In this document: positions 1 through 9,933 of the stretch, piece by piece | How the letters are laid out: each line of letters begins with the position of its first letter | Numbering within the stretch: position 1 is the first letter of the stretch | Assembly (NCBI GenBank): GCA_028716245.1 | Contig: JAQUQW010000001.1 | Location: 104,793-168,792 of the forward strand | Length of the DNA stretch: 64,000 nt | Direction: 5' to 3' | From: Candidatus Omnitrophota bacterium | GTDB lineage: Bacteria; Omnitrophota; Gorgyraeia; Gygaellales; Profunditerraquicolaceae | Notes under the pieces: generated by a model | Seen by the model: only the letters and a program-made list of their open reading frames with translations | Database searches by the model: none | What the model was told of the DNA's origin: nothing | Program-made: the position numbers and the translations under genes

Positions 1-495
1 AAAGAGGCAGTTATTCAATATTCACAGGAGTCAATTCCTTTAGGGACGGGCGGTGCCCTGCGTTATGCTATTACTCTTGTTCAATCTGAATCAGTTATGG
101 TTATGAACGGAGATTCATACTCTGGTCTTAATCTGAAGTTTTATATAGAATGGCATTTTAAAAAGAGATATAATTCATCCCTTGTTTTAACTAAAATTAA
201 TGATGTAAGCAGATATGGTAGTGTAAAGATTAATAAGAATAGCCGTGTCCTGAGTTTTGAAGAGAAAAGTTTAAATGTTGAACCGGGTTGGATTAATGGG
301 GGTGTCTATATATTTAGGAAATCAATAATAGCATCTATACCTACAGGAGTTAAGTTTTCCTTGGAAAGAGAACTTCTCCCGGTTCTAGCTGCGGATAATG
401 GATTATACGGTTTTTGTTTTAATGGGAAATTTATCGATATTGGAACTCCGGAGTCGTATCTTTCGGCGGCATATTTTTTAAAAGAAATCCAATAA
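1..495 (+). CDS. Sugar-phosphate nucleotidyltransferase (NTP_transferase fold), C-terminal part; 5' end lies outside the window
   Basis: Open frame from nt 1. Motifs LGTGGALRY and IDIGTPESY are typical of hexose/heptose-1-P nucleotidyltransferases. Confidence 0.55.
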   Translation, partial: KEAVIQYSQESIPLGTGGALRYAITLVQSESVMVMNGDSYSGLNLKFYIEWHFKKRYNSSLVLTKINDVSRYGSVKINKNSRVLSFEEKSLNVEPGWINGGVYIFRKSIIASIPTGVKFSLERELLPVLAADNGLYGFCFNGKFIDIGTPESYLSAAYFLKEIQ

Positions 496-524
496 TAATC
501 ATTGCGAAAGAGAGGTAATGTGAG

Positions 525-1196
525 ATGATTCTATTAAAAAGGTTGACCAGTGGGGAATATTTCGATCTGATTATTAAATCAGGCCGCTGGAAGATTTATT
601 CTCCCTATAAAATAAAAGTGCTAGAACAACTCAATGATTTTATCACTTTTGCGGAATTAACACCAGATAAGAAAATTCTCGAAATCGGTTCAGGGTTTGG
701 TCACAATACAATCCCACTGCTTCAAAAAGGATTTAATATTACCTGTATAGACTGTAATAACAAATCCGTTGAATTATTTAAACAGAATCTAAAAAAGTTC
801 TCTTCTCCCAATCCCGCAAATATTATTATATCGGATATTTTTAGCTTTGACCCGAAGACAAAATATGATGCAATTATTGGTTTTGGTATCTTGCATCATA
901 TTGCAGATAGTAGAGAAAAGCTGGAGCAGCTGGAAATATTATTTTTGAAGTTAAAAAGCATGCTTAATACTAACGGAACAGTCGCTTTTATTGAACCCAA
1001 GTATACATTTCTTTACCGTCTTTATGTTATGGCCAGTTTTTCGATGAATTGGGACTCAGAGAGAGGAGCTTTGTTTATGAAAAAAGAAATATTGGAGAAT
1101 ATGCTAAAGAAATGTTCCTTCACAGACGTATGCTACCGCTCCGGAAAGAAATTATTAGATCAGGTTCTTGTAAAAGCGAAATTTAAGACGGTGTGA
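525..1196 (+). CDS. Class I SAM-dependent methyltransferase
   Basis: ATG with upstream AGAGAGG RBS. LEIGSGFGHNT glycine-rich SAM-binding motif. Confidence 0.6.
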   Translation: MILLKRLTSGEYFDLIIKSGRWKIYSPYKIKVLEQLNDFITFAELTPDKKILEIGSGFGHNTIPLLQKGFNITCIDCNNKSVELFKQNLKKFSSPNPANIIISDIFSFDPKTKYDAIIGFGILHHIADSREKLEQLEILFLKLKSMLNTNGTVAFIEPKYTFLYRLYVMASFSMNWDSERGALFMKKEILENMLKKCSFTDVCYRSGKKLLDQVLVKAKFKTV

Positions 1197-1216
1197 TTGT
1201 TCTTGAAAAAATAAAG

Positions 1217-2284
1217 ATGAAAACGAGTCGTATCAGATGGATAGATGGTGCAAGAGGATTAGCGATACTTATGGTCGTCGTGGTTCATGTTGCCGGACAG
1301 ATGCACGGATTGCCTAGTGCGTTAGCTTTTATATGTACTTTTGGTAACATGGGAGTTCAGTTATTCTTCTTGCTTTCCGCATATTCTGCATGTTTGACTA
1401 ACGCGTCGCCTATTACAGCTCCAAGCGTACTAATTCCTTATTATATAAAGAGATTTATGCGCCTTGCGCCTCTTTACTGGATTGGAATTCTGTTATATTT
1501 TTTAATGGCTTCCGCAGGGATTGTTTATGGTGGGCCTATCGGTAATTACACAAAGTGGAATGTTCTAGCGAACATTTTATTAATCAACAATGTTTTTCCA
1601 TCTGCTCAGAATTATATTGTTCCCGGCGGATGGTGTATTGGGTGTTTCTCGCTATTTTATTTGTTATTTCCAGTACTGAATCGCTTCTTGGAATCGGGTG
1701 TTTTATTAAAGACTGCCTGTATTTGTGCTTTAGGTGCGGCGGTTACGGGTTGGCTTTTAAATTTTACCACATTGCCAAAACAATATATTTATTGGTTAAT
1801 CGTTAATCAAATCGGTATTTTTCTAATCGGGATGTTGTATTATAAGGATATAAGACTTCAGTCCAAAAGTTATATCGGTTTACAGCTTTTGTTTGGAAGT
1901 GGGCTGATTAGCGTTACACTTCTATTGATACACACTATAGGGCAGATGTATATTTATCGCCATATTCTCGCTGCTATTACTTTTATCTTTGTATTAAATG
2001 CGTTACGTCGATATGAAAAGCTGGTACCGGACTGGTTAGTGTATCTAGGCAGTCTGTCTTATCCAATATTTATTATACATTTTGCAGTTTCGTGGATGGT
2101 TCTCCACATAATAAATGTTTGGATTCTAGGTTCCTTTCCGTCTGTGCTATTTTTACTTTATGTGTTTGCAATAGTTTTAATTTCAGCCGGGTTTGCCTTC
2201 TTTTTGAATTGGCTAATTGAGAAACCTTGCTTAAAATTGACTAAGTTGTTAGTTGGAAGAATTAGAATTGAAATGCGGGTTTAA
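1217..2284 (+). CDS. Acyltransferase family 3 (OafA-like membrane O-acyltransferase)
   Basis: N-terminus RIRWIDGARGLAILMVVVVH. Polytopic hydrophobic protein. ATG at 1217 preferred over the GTG at 1193. Confidence 0.55.
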   Translation: MKTSRIRWIDGARGLAILMVVVVHVAGQMHGLPSALAFICTFGNMGVQLFFLLSAYSACLTNASPITAPSVLIPYYIKRFMRLAPLYWIGILLYFLMASAGIVYGGPIGNYTKWNVLANILLINNVFPSAQNYIVPGGWCIGCFSLFYLLFPVLNRFLESGVLLKTACICALGAAVTGWLLNFTTLPKQYIYWLIVNQIGIFLIGMLYYKDIRLQSKSYIGLQLLFGSGLISVTLLLIHTIGQMYIYRHILAAITFIFVLNALRRYEKLVPDWLVYLGSLSYPIFIIHFAVSWMVLHIINVWILGSFPSVLFLLYVFAIVLISAGFAFFLNWLIEKPCLKLTKLLVGRIRIEMRV

Positions 2285-2298
2285 ACTGATTCGTATAA

Positions 2299-3357
2299 AT
2301 GCAAACAACTAAAATTAGACCTCATATTATTTTCGGGGCAATCCTAATAGGTATTATCTTAAGTTATTTATATAGCCAAATGGTCGTTATCCATCCACAA
2401 GATAACTTTAAAGAAATAAGAGAGATTATTTATTGGAAAGATACCAGCTTCCATCTAGCTCTTGATTTAACCAAGGATTCTTATTTTCTAAGGATTAAGC
2501 ATGATATTCAAGAAGGAGAATTCAAGGATATCTTTATGAATGGGGTTGTTATCAATTCTGATATAGCCTACCACGTAAAGAAGAAGGGGAGTATTCAATC
2601 TACCTACTTTTATTTACCTAAAGAAATTATTAAATCGGGGGTTAACTCTGTCGATATAAATTTCTTTAAAAATAATCCTTCTGATATAGATATTATGCTA
2701 ACTAACTATCGAAGAAACATAAGTGATGATATTTATATTTTATTCTCTGACTCTGTACATTCACCTTCTGGAATGGTATCTATTTATGTCGTAATTTCGG
2801 TTATGGTTCTAGTTTATATTTTATTCGTCGGTGTCCCTTATTTTGTAAGTGGGTTTACGCCTTTAAGCATAGATAAGTTATTCCTTTATCAGGTGTATTC
2901 AATCTCGCCATTCCTTATTTCTTTAATCATTTCTTGTATATTCTCAAAGATAAACGGGTATTTTAAAGTAGTATTCACCCAAGCCTATTTTCTGAATTTT
3001 GCTATTGTTAGTTTTTCCATAGTAGAAACTTTTATTATTTTAGGGATAATTTGTAAAGGGGTTAAAGAAAGGTTTGCTCTATCTATGAAGGTCCAAATAC
3101 CCATAAAGTCCGGAGCTTCTTTAAATGTCCGGCTAAATGTGTTTGATTGGTGGTTAATACAATGGGCAGGATCAAGAAAGTTTTCCGATAAATGCATTCT
3201 TTTGTTTATGGTATTTTTAATGGGATGTCCCATCTTGTTATTCTTACATTTAGATACTATAGCTGAACAATTCGCAAAGGTGTCTTCTTTTTTTCTCATA
3301 TCCGGATTAATTATTAAATTCCTGAAGTTAAAAAAGGAAGAAAATAATAAAATATGA
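2299..3357 (+). CDS. Polytopic membrane protein, function unknown
   Basis: Long ORF with multiple hydrophobic segments. Stop overlaps the next gene's start. Confidence 0.35.
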   Translation: MQTTKIRPHIIFGAILIGIILSYLYSQMVVIHPQDNFKEIREIIYWKDTSFHLALDLTKDSYFLRIKHDIQEGEFKDIFMNGVVINSDIAYHVKKKGSIQSTYFYLPKEIIKSGVNSVDINFFKNNPSDIDIMLTNYRRNISDDIYILFSDSVHSPSGMVSIYVVISVMVLVYILFVGVPYFVSGFTPLSIDKLFLYQVYSISPFLISLIISCIFSKINGYFKVVFTQAYFLNFAIVSFSIVETFIILGIICKGVKERFALSMKVQIPIKSGASLNVRLNVFDWWLIQWAGSRKFSDKCILLFMVFLMGCPILLFLHLDTIAEQFAKVSSFFLISGLIIKFLKLKKEENNKI

Positions 3358-5192
3358 AAAATAAATTTTTTGTTATCTTAATCTTTTTTCTTCTAATTGT
3401 AGCAATAACTTTCCCCATGTTATTTAAGATTACTGTTTGTATTCCAGGGTTTTATTCAACTGATGAAATCTTTGGCAGTTTATGGGATAGCTGGAGGATT
3501 AAAACTGCTTCACAGGGATTTTTTACCTCAGGAGAAACCAATTTGATTGCTTATCCTTTTGGCGCATATTCTGGGACACCGGATTATTATTCTTATGTTT
3601 GGATGGGGTTAACCCATTTTCTGAGTAGATTCACTACACCCGTTATTACTCTTAACTTCCAGGTCTTATTGAATATTCTTTTTTCGGCATTCTTTACTTA
3701 TTTATTGATTGATAATTTAACTGGGAATAGCTTGGTATCATTCTTTGGCGGTGTGATTTTTGCTTTTTGTCCATATCAATTCGTGCGTAGCTGGCAGCAA
3801 CTGGGGCTTACCTTTAATCAATGGATCCCGCTTACGTTATTAGCTGCTATTTTGTTAAGAGAACAGCCTCAAAGAAAATATTCTCTGGTATTTTTAGTAA
3901 GTTTATTATTGCTTTTTTCTTTTGATTTTAGCGTAATGTATTTAGGGAGTATCGTTCTGTTGACATTTTTTATCTACGTTATTTTTTACCAATCGAAGGC
4001 AATAATATCTAAAGATAGAAAGCGTTTGATTGAAACTTTCCGTTACATCAAAAGGTTTTTATTTCTAGGACTTATTGTATTCGTTATTATGTTACCCGAG
4101 TTTTTTCCTATAATTAAAAATAGGGTGCTTCTTTCTTCTGTTGTCCAGGCTTCATCATTCAATGGCTATAAACGTCCCTTTGAGGATTTGTTTACTCAGT
4201 CCGCGAGGCCATTAAGCTATTTTCTACCGGCATCAGTACATCCATTATTTGGCAGTTTTACTAAGCAGTTTATTGGGTCTTCGTTATATGGAATGAGTTT
4301 AACTGAGCATACGCTTTACTTAGGTTGGATTCCCATGATTTTAGCTCTATATGCGATAAGGAGATGGAAAAAAGATAAAAAAATTCGGGGACACTCTTTT
4401 CTAGAGATAACTCCTCCTCAGGATTTTTATATCGGATTTTTTATGTTTCTTGCAATCGTAGCTTGGTTATTTTCTCAACCGCCATGGTGGCAGATTGGCC
4501 CACTCAAAATTTATATGCCTTCATTTTTCATGTATAAAATTTTACCTATGTATCGGGCATATTGTCGTTTTGGAATTGTGCTAATGTTAGCGGTAGCAGT
4601 CCTAGCTGGATTTGGGTTAAAGTTCTTACTTGAAAAATTCAAGAGTCAAAAGGCTAAAATTGCGGTTATGGTTTTATGCTGTGGTTTAGTACTGTTTGAA
4701 TTTTGGAATTGGCCGCCATATAAGATTATCGATGTTTCAAAAGTCCCAGAAGTCTATTATTGGATTAAAAGCCAGCCGGGTGATTTTGTTGTTGCTGAAT
4801 ACCCCCTGGATTATAATGGCCCCAATGAGATGTATAAGTTTTATCAGACGACTCATGAAAAAAAGATTATTAATGGCACTATCCCGGGAACCTATCCGAA
4901 TAAGGTCGCTAATACCGTAAAGAAGTTATCTGATCCTAGGACAACTGGCGTTTTAAAGTGGATGGGGGTAAAGTATATAATTGTGCATCGGGATGATTAT
5001 TTGCGTACAGAAATCGTAGATGAAATAGAAGAATTACAAAAGATTCCTAAGAATCCCGGCCTTAAACTCGTTAAGTCTTTTTCTGCTCAAGAATGTCCGG
5101 ATAAGAATATTATGTGTATTCAAAAAACCGGCCCGATTGATGTATATCTGCTTGAATCCGCTCCAATTGCGCCTTCCGTAACCGATAAATAA
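3354..5192 (+). CDS. Large polytopic membrane protein, possibly a GT-C/YfhO-like glycosyltransferase
   Basis: 612 aa with about 12 N-terminal TM helices and a C-terminal soluble domain. Located in the glycan cluster. Confidence 0.3.
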   Translation: MKNKFFVILIFFLLIVAITFPMLFKITVCIPGFYSTDEIFGSLWDSWRIKTASQGFFTSGETNLIAYPFGAYSGTPDYYSYVWMGLTHFLSRFTTPVITLNFQVLLNILFSAFFTYLLIDNLTGNSLVSFFGGVIFAFCPYQFVRSWQQLGLTFNQWIPLTLLAAILLREQPQRKYSLVFLVSLLLLFSFDFSVMYLGSIVLLTFFIYVIFYQSKAIISKDRKRLIETFRYIKRFLFLGLIVFVIMLPEFFPIIKNRVLLSSVVQASSFNGYKRPFEDLFTQSARPLSYFLPASVHPLFGSFTKQFIGSSLYGMSLTEHTLYLGWIPMILALYAIRRWKKDKKIRGHSFLEITPPQDFYIGFFMFLAIVAWLFSQPPWWQIGPLKIYMPSFFMYKILPMYRAYCRFGIVLMLAVAVLAGFGLKFLLEKFKSQKAKIAVMVLCCGLVLFEFWNWPPYKIIDVSKVPEVYYWIKSQPGDFVVAEYPLDYNGPNEMYKFYQTTHEKKIINGTIPGTYPNKVANTVKKLSDPRTTGVLKWMGVKYIIVHRDDYLRTEIVDEIEELQKIPKNPGLKLVKSFSAQECPDKNIMCIQKTGPIDVYLLESAPIAPSVTDK

Positions 5193-5255
5193 AATATAAG
5201 ACTATTTTACTTTGTTGTGATAAAATATATACTTAAAGTTTAATCAGGAGGTGCC

Positions 5256-6029
5256 ATGAAAAGATTATTTAAATTTATCCTATCAATAGTAATATTTGTG
5301 TTTTTAGTTTCTTTTGTTTCCGGTTCTTTAAAGAGCAGTCCCGAGGCAATTATAAAGAATGTTTTTAAGCCCGGGCAATTTAAGCCACAGATACTGAAAT
5401 ACAGGATTTATGTATTTGGAATTTTTCCTGTTGGAGAGGCCTATTTTTATAAAGCAATACTTGAGAAGGTAAATGGCAAAGATTTGTACCACGTTCAAGG
5501 GAAAGCCAGGAGCCTGGATGTAATAGCCACATTTTTTAAGTCTGAAGCAACGCTGGATTCATATATTGACCCGGTAGATTCTAATCCGGTATTGTTTAAA
5601 CAAAAAATATCTATTTCAGGTAAACCAAATGAGGATAAAGAGGTTATTTACGACCAGAAGCAGGGTTTTATGATTATGGGCGGCTCTAAACGCCAGATTT
5701 TACCGAATACCCAAGATCCTCTTTCGCTGGCTTTTAATCTTGAAAGAATGGATTTTGATAAAAGCAAAGAAATAGATATGAATATTAATACAAAACACAA
5801 AAATTATCTTTTTAAAGGATCAGCGGAAGAAAAACCGGATATTTCCAGGAAAATAAGCCGTAAAGTTTATCTTGCCAAAGCTGAAATAAGGAGGCGGGAT
5901 AAGAATAATCCATATCATCAATCTAAGGTAACCATATGGTTTGTCAGGGGAGAAGAGAATATCCCGATTCTAGTAAGAGTATTTGCAAGTGGATTTATAA
6001 TTCAGGCAAGATTAGTGGATGTAAAGTAA
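5256..6029 (+). CDS. Secreted or membrane-anchored hypothetical protein (DUF3108-like)
   Basis: GGAGG RBS. N-terminal signal/anchor LSIVIFVFLVSFVSG. Confidence 0.35.
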   Translation: MKRLFKFILSIVIFVFLVSFVSGSLKSSPEAIIKNVFKPGQFKPQILKYRIYVFGIFPVGEAYFYKAILEKVNGKDLYHVQGKARSLDVIATFFKSEATLDSYIDPVDSNPVLFKQKISISGKPNEDKEVIYDQKQGFMIMGGSKRQILPNTQDPLSLAFNLERMDFDKSKEIDMNINTKHKNYLFKGSAEEKPDISRKISRKVYLAKAEIRRRDKNNPYHQSKVTIWFVRGEENIPILVRVFASGFIIQARLVDVK

Positions 6030-6034
6030 TAAAA

Positions 6035-6748
6035 ATGCAAAGAATCAAGACCGTAATATTGTGTGGCGGAAAAGGTACCAGAATGGGTAGCGATGAGTTG
6101 CCCAAGGTTTTGTTCCCGGTTGGCGGCAAGCCCATACTTTGGCATATAATGAGTATTTACTCGTATTTTGGGTTTAATGAATTTATATTGTGTTTGGGTT
6201 ATAAAGGAGAAAAGATAAGAGAACATTTTTCGGGCTTAAAGAAATGGAAAATAACCTTCGCGGAGACCGGAGAGAATACCAATACTGGCGGTAGAATCAA
6301 GAAAATAGAGAAGTTTATAAAAGAAGATTATTTTCTTGCTACTTATGGAGATGGCGTCGCGGATATTAATTTGGCTAAGCTTGTCCATTTTCATCAGAAA
6401 CATAAGAAAAGCGCCACAATTACCGTAGCCAGGCCTCTTTCCCAGTTTGGTATTGTCGGAGTTGATTCGCATACCCAGTCGGTTACGCATTTCGAAGAAA
6501 AGCCCATATTAGATCATTGGATAAACGCCGGTTTTTTTGTCTTTAATAAAGAAATTTTTGATTATCTTAAGGAAAATGACATATTGGAGAAGGATAGTTT
6601 TAAGCGCGTGTTAAGAGATAAGGAATTAAATGCTTTTAAGCACGCGGGTTTCTGGAGGTGCATGGATACTTATAAAGACAATCTTGAGTTAAACGATCTT
6701 TGGAAAAAGAATAGGGCTGCTTGGAAAATCTGGCGCCCCGCGCTATAA
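6035..6748 (+). CDS. rfbF: Glucose-1-phosphate cytidylyltransferase
   Basis: ILCGGKGTRM...LPKVLFPVGGKPIL nucleotidyltransferase motif. ATG at 6035 preferred over the overlapping upstream extension in the ORF track. Confidence 0.7.
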   Translation: MQRIKTVILCGGKGTRMGSDELPKVLFPVGGKPILWHIMSIYSYFGFNEFILCLGYKGEKIREHFSGLKKWKITFAETGENTNTGGRIKKIEKFIKEDYFLATYGDGVADINLAKLVHFHQKHKKSATITVARPLSQFGIVGVDSHTQSVTHFEEKPILDHWINAGFFVFNKEIFDYLKENDILEKDSFKRVLRDKELNAFKHAGFWRCMDTYKDNLELNDLWKKNRAAWKIWRPAL

Positions 6749-6787
6749 GGTATTGCGCGGGTGTACCTTGGTAGCTAAGGAGGAATA

Positions 6788-7759
6788 ATGCGTATTTGGA
6801 AAAACAAAGTTATTTTTATAACCGGGGCCAACGGGTTTTTAGGGTCTCATTTAGTGAAAAGAGCCTTAGCTTATAAGGCCAGGGTGATTGTTTTAATAAA
6901 AGAAGATATTCCCTGTTCATTGTTCAGGATTGACGGGTTAGATCGTAAGTCTAAGATTTACAAGGGGGATTTGTCGGATAGCAAACTCATAAATTCTATA
7001 TTTAGGAAGAATAAGATCGATGTCTGTTTTCATATTGCCGCTCAGGCTATTGTGGGGATAGCTAATAAATCGCCCATCGGCACATTTAAGACAAATATTG
7101 AAGGTACCTGGAATATACTTGAGGCAGCCAGGGTTTTTGGGGTAAAAGCCATGGTTGTGGCCTCAAGCGATAAAGCTTATGGCGAACATAAAAAGCTTCC
7201 ATATAAGGAAGACTCGCCTTTAATTGCCTTGCATCCTTATGATGCTTCGAAGTCTTGCACCGATATTCTCAGCAGGACTTACGCCCATACTTATAATCTT
7301 CCGGTAGCTGTCACCAGGTGCGCTAATATATACGGCCCGGGTGATTGTAATTTTTCAAGGATTATACCGGATACCTGCCGCTCAGTTATCAAAGGCAAGA
7401 ACCCGGTCATCAGAAGCGATGGCACTCCTTTAAGGGATTATGCTTTTGTCGAGGATATTGTTGACGCGTATTTTGTTCTGGCTAAAAGTTTATTGAATAA
7501 AAAGATTAAGTTTGGAGAAGCCTTTAATTTCGGTATCGGTAAACCCATAAGCGTAATTAAGCTTGTGAGGATGATCCTTGAAGTTTCAGGAAAAACAGGA
7601 TTAGTCCCCGAGATATTGAGTAAAGGAAAAATAAAAGGAGAGATAGATAGGCAGTATCTCTCTAGCGGTAAAGCCAGAAAAGTTTTGGGTTGGTATCCTA
7701 AGCATACGCTTCAAAAAGGCCTGGGGATAACCTATCAATGGTATAAAGATCATCTCTAA
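6788..7759 (+). CDS. rfbG: NAD-dependent epimerase/dehydratase, CDP-glucose 4,6-dehydratase-like
   Basis: GANGFLGSHL Rossmann motif and YDASK catalytic YxxxK. Adjacent to rfbF. AAGGAGG RBS. Confidence 0.6.
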   Translation: MRIWKNKVIFITGANGFLGSHLVKRALAYKARVIVLIKEDIPCSLFRIDGLDRKSKIYKGDLSDSKLINSIFRKNKIDVCFHIAAQAIVGIANKSPIGTFKTNIEGTWNILEAARVFGVKAMVVASSDKAYGEHKKLPYKEDSPLIALHPYDASKSCTDILSRTYAHTYNLPVAVTRCANIYGPGDCNFSRIIPDTCRSVIKGKNPVIRSDGTPLRDYAFVEDIVDAYFVLAKSLLNKKIKFGEAFNFGIGKPISVIKLVRMILEVSGKTGLVPEILSKGKIKGEIDRQYLSSGKARKVLGWYPKHTLQKGLGITYQWYKDHL

Positions 7760-7763
7760 GGTT

Positions 7764-9227
7764 ATGAAGATTAATTTAAACAAGCACATTATATTATTAG
7801 CGGCAATTTTCGTTGCCGCTTTTATTATCCGTTTTTACCAGCTTTCATTTTTTGAATATAAGAACGATCAGTATTTTGCCATTGGTTTAGGTAATGATAC
7901 CAGGGCAGCCCATTTCCTGGTTACTCACGGTATGCGCTCCGGGATAGGGGTGAATAATCCTCCGGCATTCTCTTATGCTATGGGAGTCCTGACCGCTTTT
8001 ACTAATGACCCGGCCCAGCTTACATTCTTCTTTTTCTGCATAAATATACTGGCATTGATCTTAGCGATTATTTATTTCTACCGCACCCTTCCTGTTAAAT
8101 ACGCTATTTTATCAACAGCATTTTTAGCGCTATTTCCCGCATCCACGCTTTATTCAAGTAATATTTGGGCGCAGTTTTTTCTCCCGTTAATAATGATCCT
8201 GTTTAATATTTCATTATACAGGTTTGTGAAATACGAGCTTTGGCGAAACTTTTTCTATATGGGTTTACTTGCAGTTTTAGCGGCGCAGTTCCATATGTCG
8301 GGTTTCTTTTTATTTCCTCTGCTGGCTGTAATCGCCGCGGCCTATTGGAAGAAAATCGACAAAAAAGAAATCTGGTTAGTTTTTCTGGCGGTATCCGTAT
8401 TGTTTATACCGTACTTAATACATTTATTTAAGGATATGGAACTCTTTAAATTATTTGCTTATGGCGCTTCCGCGAAGCGGGCTTTTCCCTGGAAAATATT
8501 CCTGTTTCATTTACGCATGGCTTCCTTTGATTTCTTCAGGTACTATTTTAGGTATGATTTTAATGTTACATTGCGAAGTATGGCGGGGTTTTGGCGTTTT
8601 ATTCTTTATCCGTTAACATTTATCCCGGCGATTCTCTTTGCGTCAGGTTTTTTTAGCTATCTTAAGTGGCTGATTAAGGGGCGCAAGCTTTTTAATATAA
8701 ATGATGATGCTCGCCAAGGGTACCCGCTGCCTTTTCAGGTTTCCGGGTTTATGATTTTGGTTGTAACGCTTGGTTATCTTATTTTTAGGGTGCGTACCCC
8801 GATGCATTATTTTATTGTTTTATATCCCGCGTATGGTTTGATTACCGGATTTACGGCCTTTAGGATCTGGAAAATTGGATGGGGGAAGCCGGTAGTGTTG
8901 CTGGGTATCATTTCGACCGTTATCCTTTTATTAGCCGCTTTATTATTTTTGGATAGGGCCGGCGGACATCCGTACGAGTACGGTATTTCTTATAAGGCAT
9001 TGGTTTCCTGGCAAAAAGAATTGCGGTCAATTAGGCCCCAACGATCTTGTTGGGATTTAAGGATAAATTTTATTGGTGAGGGCAAGGCGGATAAAGAGAC
9101 AGTTTATTCTATGCTCAGCGATGGGAATAAGTGCGCCAAAGGCGATAAAATTATTCCGGTTGATTTTAATATCAGCTGGGATAATAAATTAATGCGCTAT
9201 CAACATTATATAAACATTATAAAATAG
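7764..9227 (+). CDS. GT-C family glycosyltransferase (ArnT/PMT-like membrane transferase)
   Basis: 487-aa polytopic protein. Followed immediately by a GT2 polyprenol-phosphate sugar transferase. Confidence 0.45.
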   Translation: MKINLNKHIILLAAIFVAAFIIRFYQLSFFEYKNDQYFAIGLGNDTRAAHFLVTHGMRSGIGVNNPPAFSYAMGVLTAFTNDPAQLTFFFFCINILALILAIIYFYRTLPVKYAILSTAFLALFPASTLYSSNIWAQFFLPLIMILFNISLYRFVKYELWRNFFYMGLLAVLAAQFHMSGFFLFPLLAVIAAAYWKKIDKKEIWLVFLAVSVLFIPYLIHLFKDMELFKLFAYGASAKRAFPWKIFLFHLRMASFDFFRYYFRYDFNVTLRSMAGFWRFILYPLTFIPAILFASGFFSYLKWLIKGRKLFNINDDARQGYPLPFQVSGFMILVVTLGYLIFRVRTPMHYFIVLYPAYGLITGFTAFRIWKIGWGKPVVLLGIISTVILLLAALLFLDRAGGHPYEYGISYKALVSWQKELRSIRPQRSCWDLRINFIGEGKADKETVYSMLSDGNKCAKGDKIIPVDFNISWDNKLMRYQHYINIIK

Positions 9228-9235
9228 GATAGAAT

Positions 9236-9925
9236 ATGCCGCTAATTTCAGTAATTGTTCCGGTTTATAATGAAGCAAAAACCATCAGCCAGATCCTGGA
9301 AAAGATCAATGCTGTTAATATTGATAAAGAGATTATTGTGGTTGATAACTGCTCAAACGATGGGACGCAGGGCATATTGCAAGATATTTTAAAGAGATCG
9401 GGATGTAATTCTATTCGGGTAATTTATCACTCTTACAATAAAGGAAAAGGCGAATCTGTAAGGGAGGGAATAATTGAAGCTAAAGGTGATTTTGTGGTTA
9501 TTCAGGATGCGGATCTTGAATATGACCCAGGCGAATTTTCTAATCTACTGAGACCATTGCAAAATAATGAAGCGGATTTAACATTGGGCGCCCGGTTTAC
9601 CAGGGGCCATAGTGGCCTTATGGCGCACAGGTTGGGAAATAAATTTCTGACAGCATTATTGAATTTTACGTTTGGCAGCCAGCTTAATGATTATGCCACT
9701 TGTTATAAAATGGCCAAGCGCCAGGTATTCATTGATTTTGGGTTAAAATCGAAGAGTTTCGATATTGAAGTAGAGATAATCTGCAAAGCCCTAAAATCTC
9801 ATTTGCGGATTTTGGAAGTGCCGATTGCTTACTATCCGCGCAGTTACGTTGATGGCAAGAAAATCAGGTGGATCGATGGTTTGCAGGCTATTCTGAGTAT
9901 CTTAAAGTATCGGTTAAGCCGTTAA
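9236..9925 (+). CDS. GT2 polyprenol-phosphate glycosyltransferase (ArnC/GtrB/DPM1-like)
   Basis: VSVIVPVYNE ... VVDNCSNDGT ... QDADLEYDP motifs. Confidence 0.65.
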   Translation: MPLISVIVPVYNEAKTISQILEKINAVNIDKEIIVVDNCSNDGTQGILQDILKRSGCNSIRVIYHSYNKGKGESVREGIIEAKGDFVVIQDADLEYDPGEFSNLLRPLQNNEADLTLGARFTRGHSGLMAHRLGNKFLTALLNFTFGSQLNDYATCYKMAKRQVFIDFGLKSKSFDIEVEIICKALKSHLRILEVPIAYYPRSYVDGKKIRWIDGLQAILSILKYRLSR

Positions 9926-9933
9926 GGAGAGCG

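Noticed and set aside
1555-1806. 83-aa ORF in an alternate frame within the acyltransferase gene
   Set aside because: Same-strand overlapping frame inside a convincing membrane acyltransferase. No RBS or motif.
5936-6034. Upstream extension of the rfbF ORF starting at 5936
   Set aside because: Overlaps the 3' end of the preceding gene in another frame. The nucleotidyltransferase N-terminal motif begins at the ATG at 6035.
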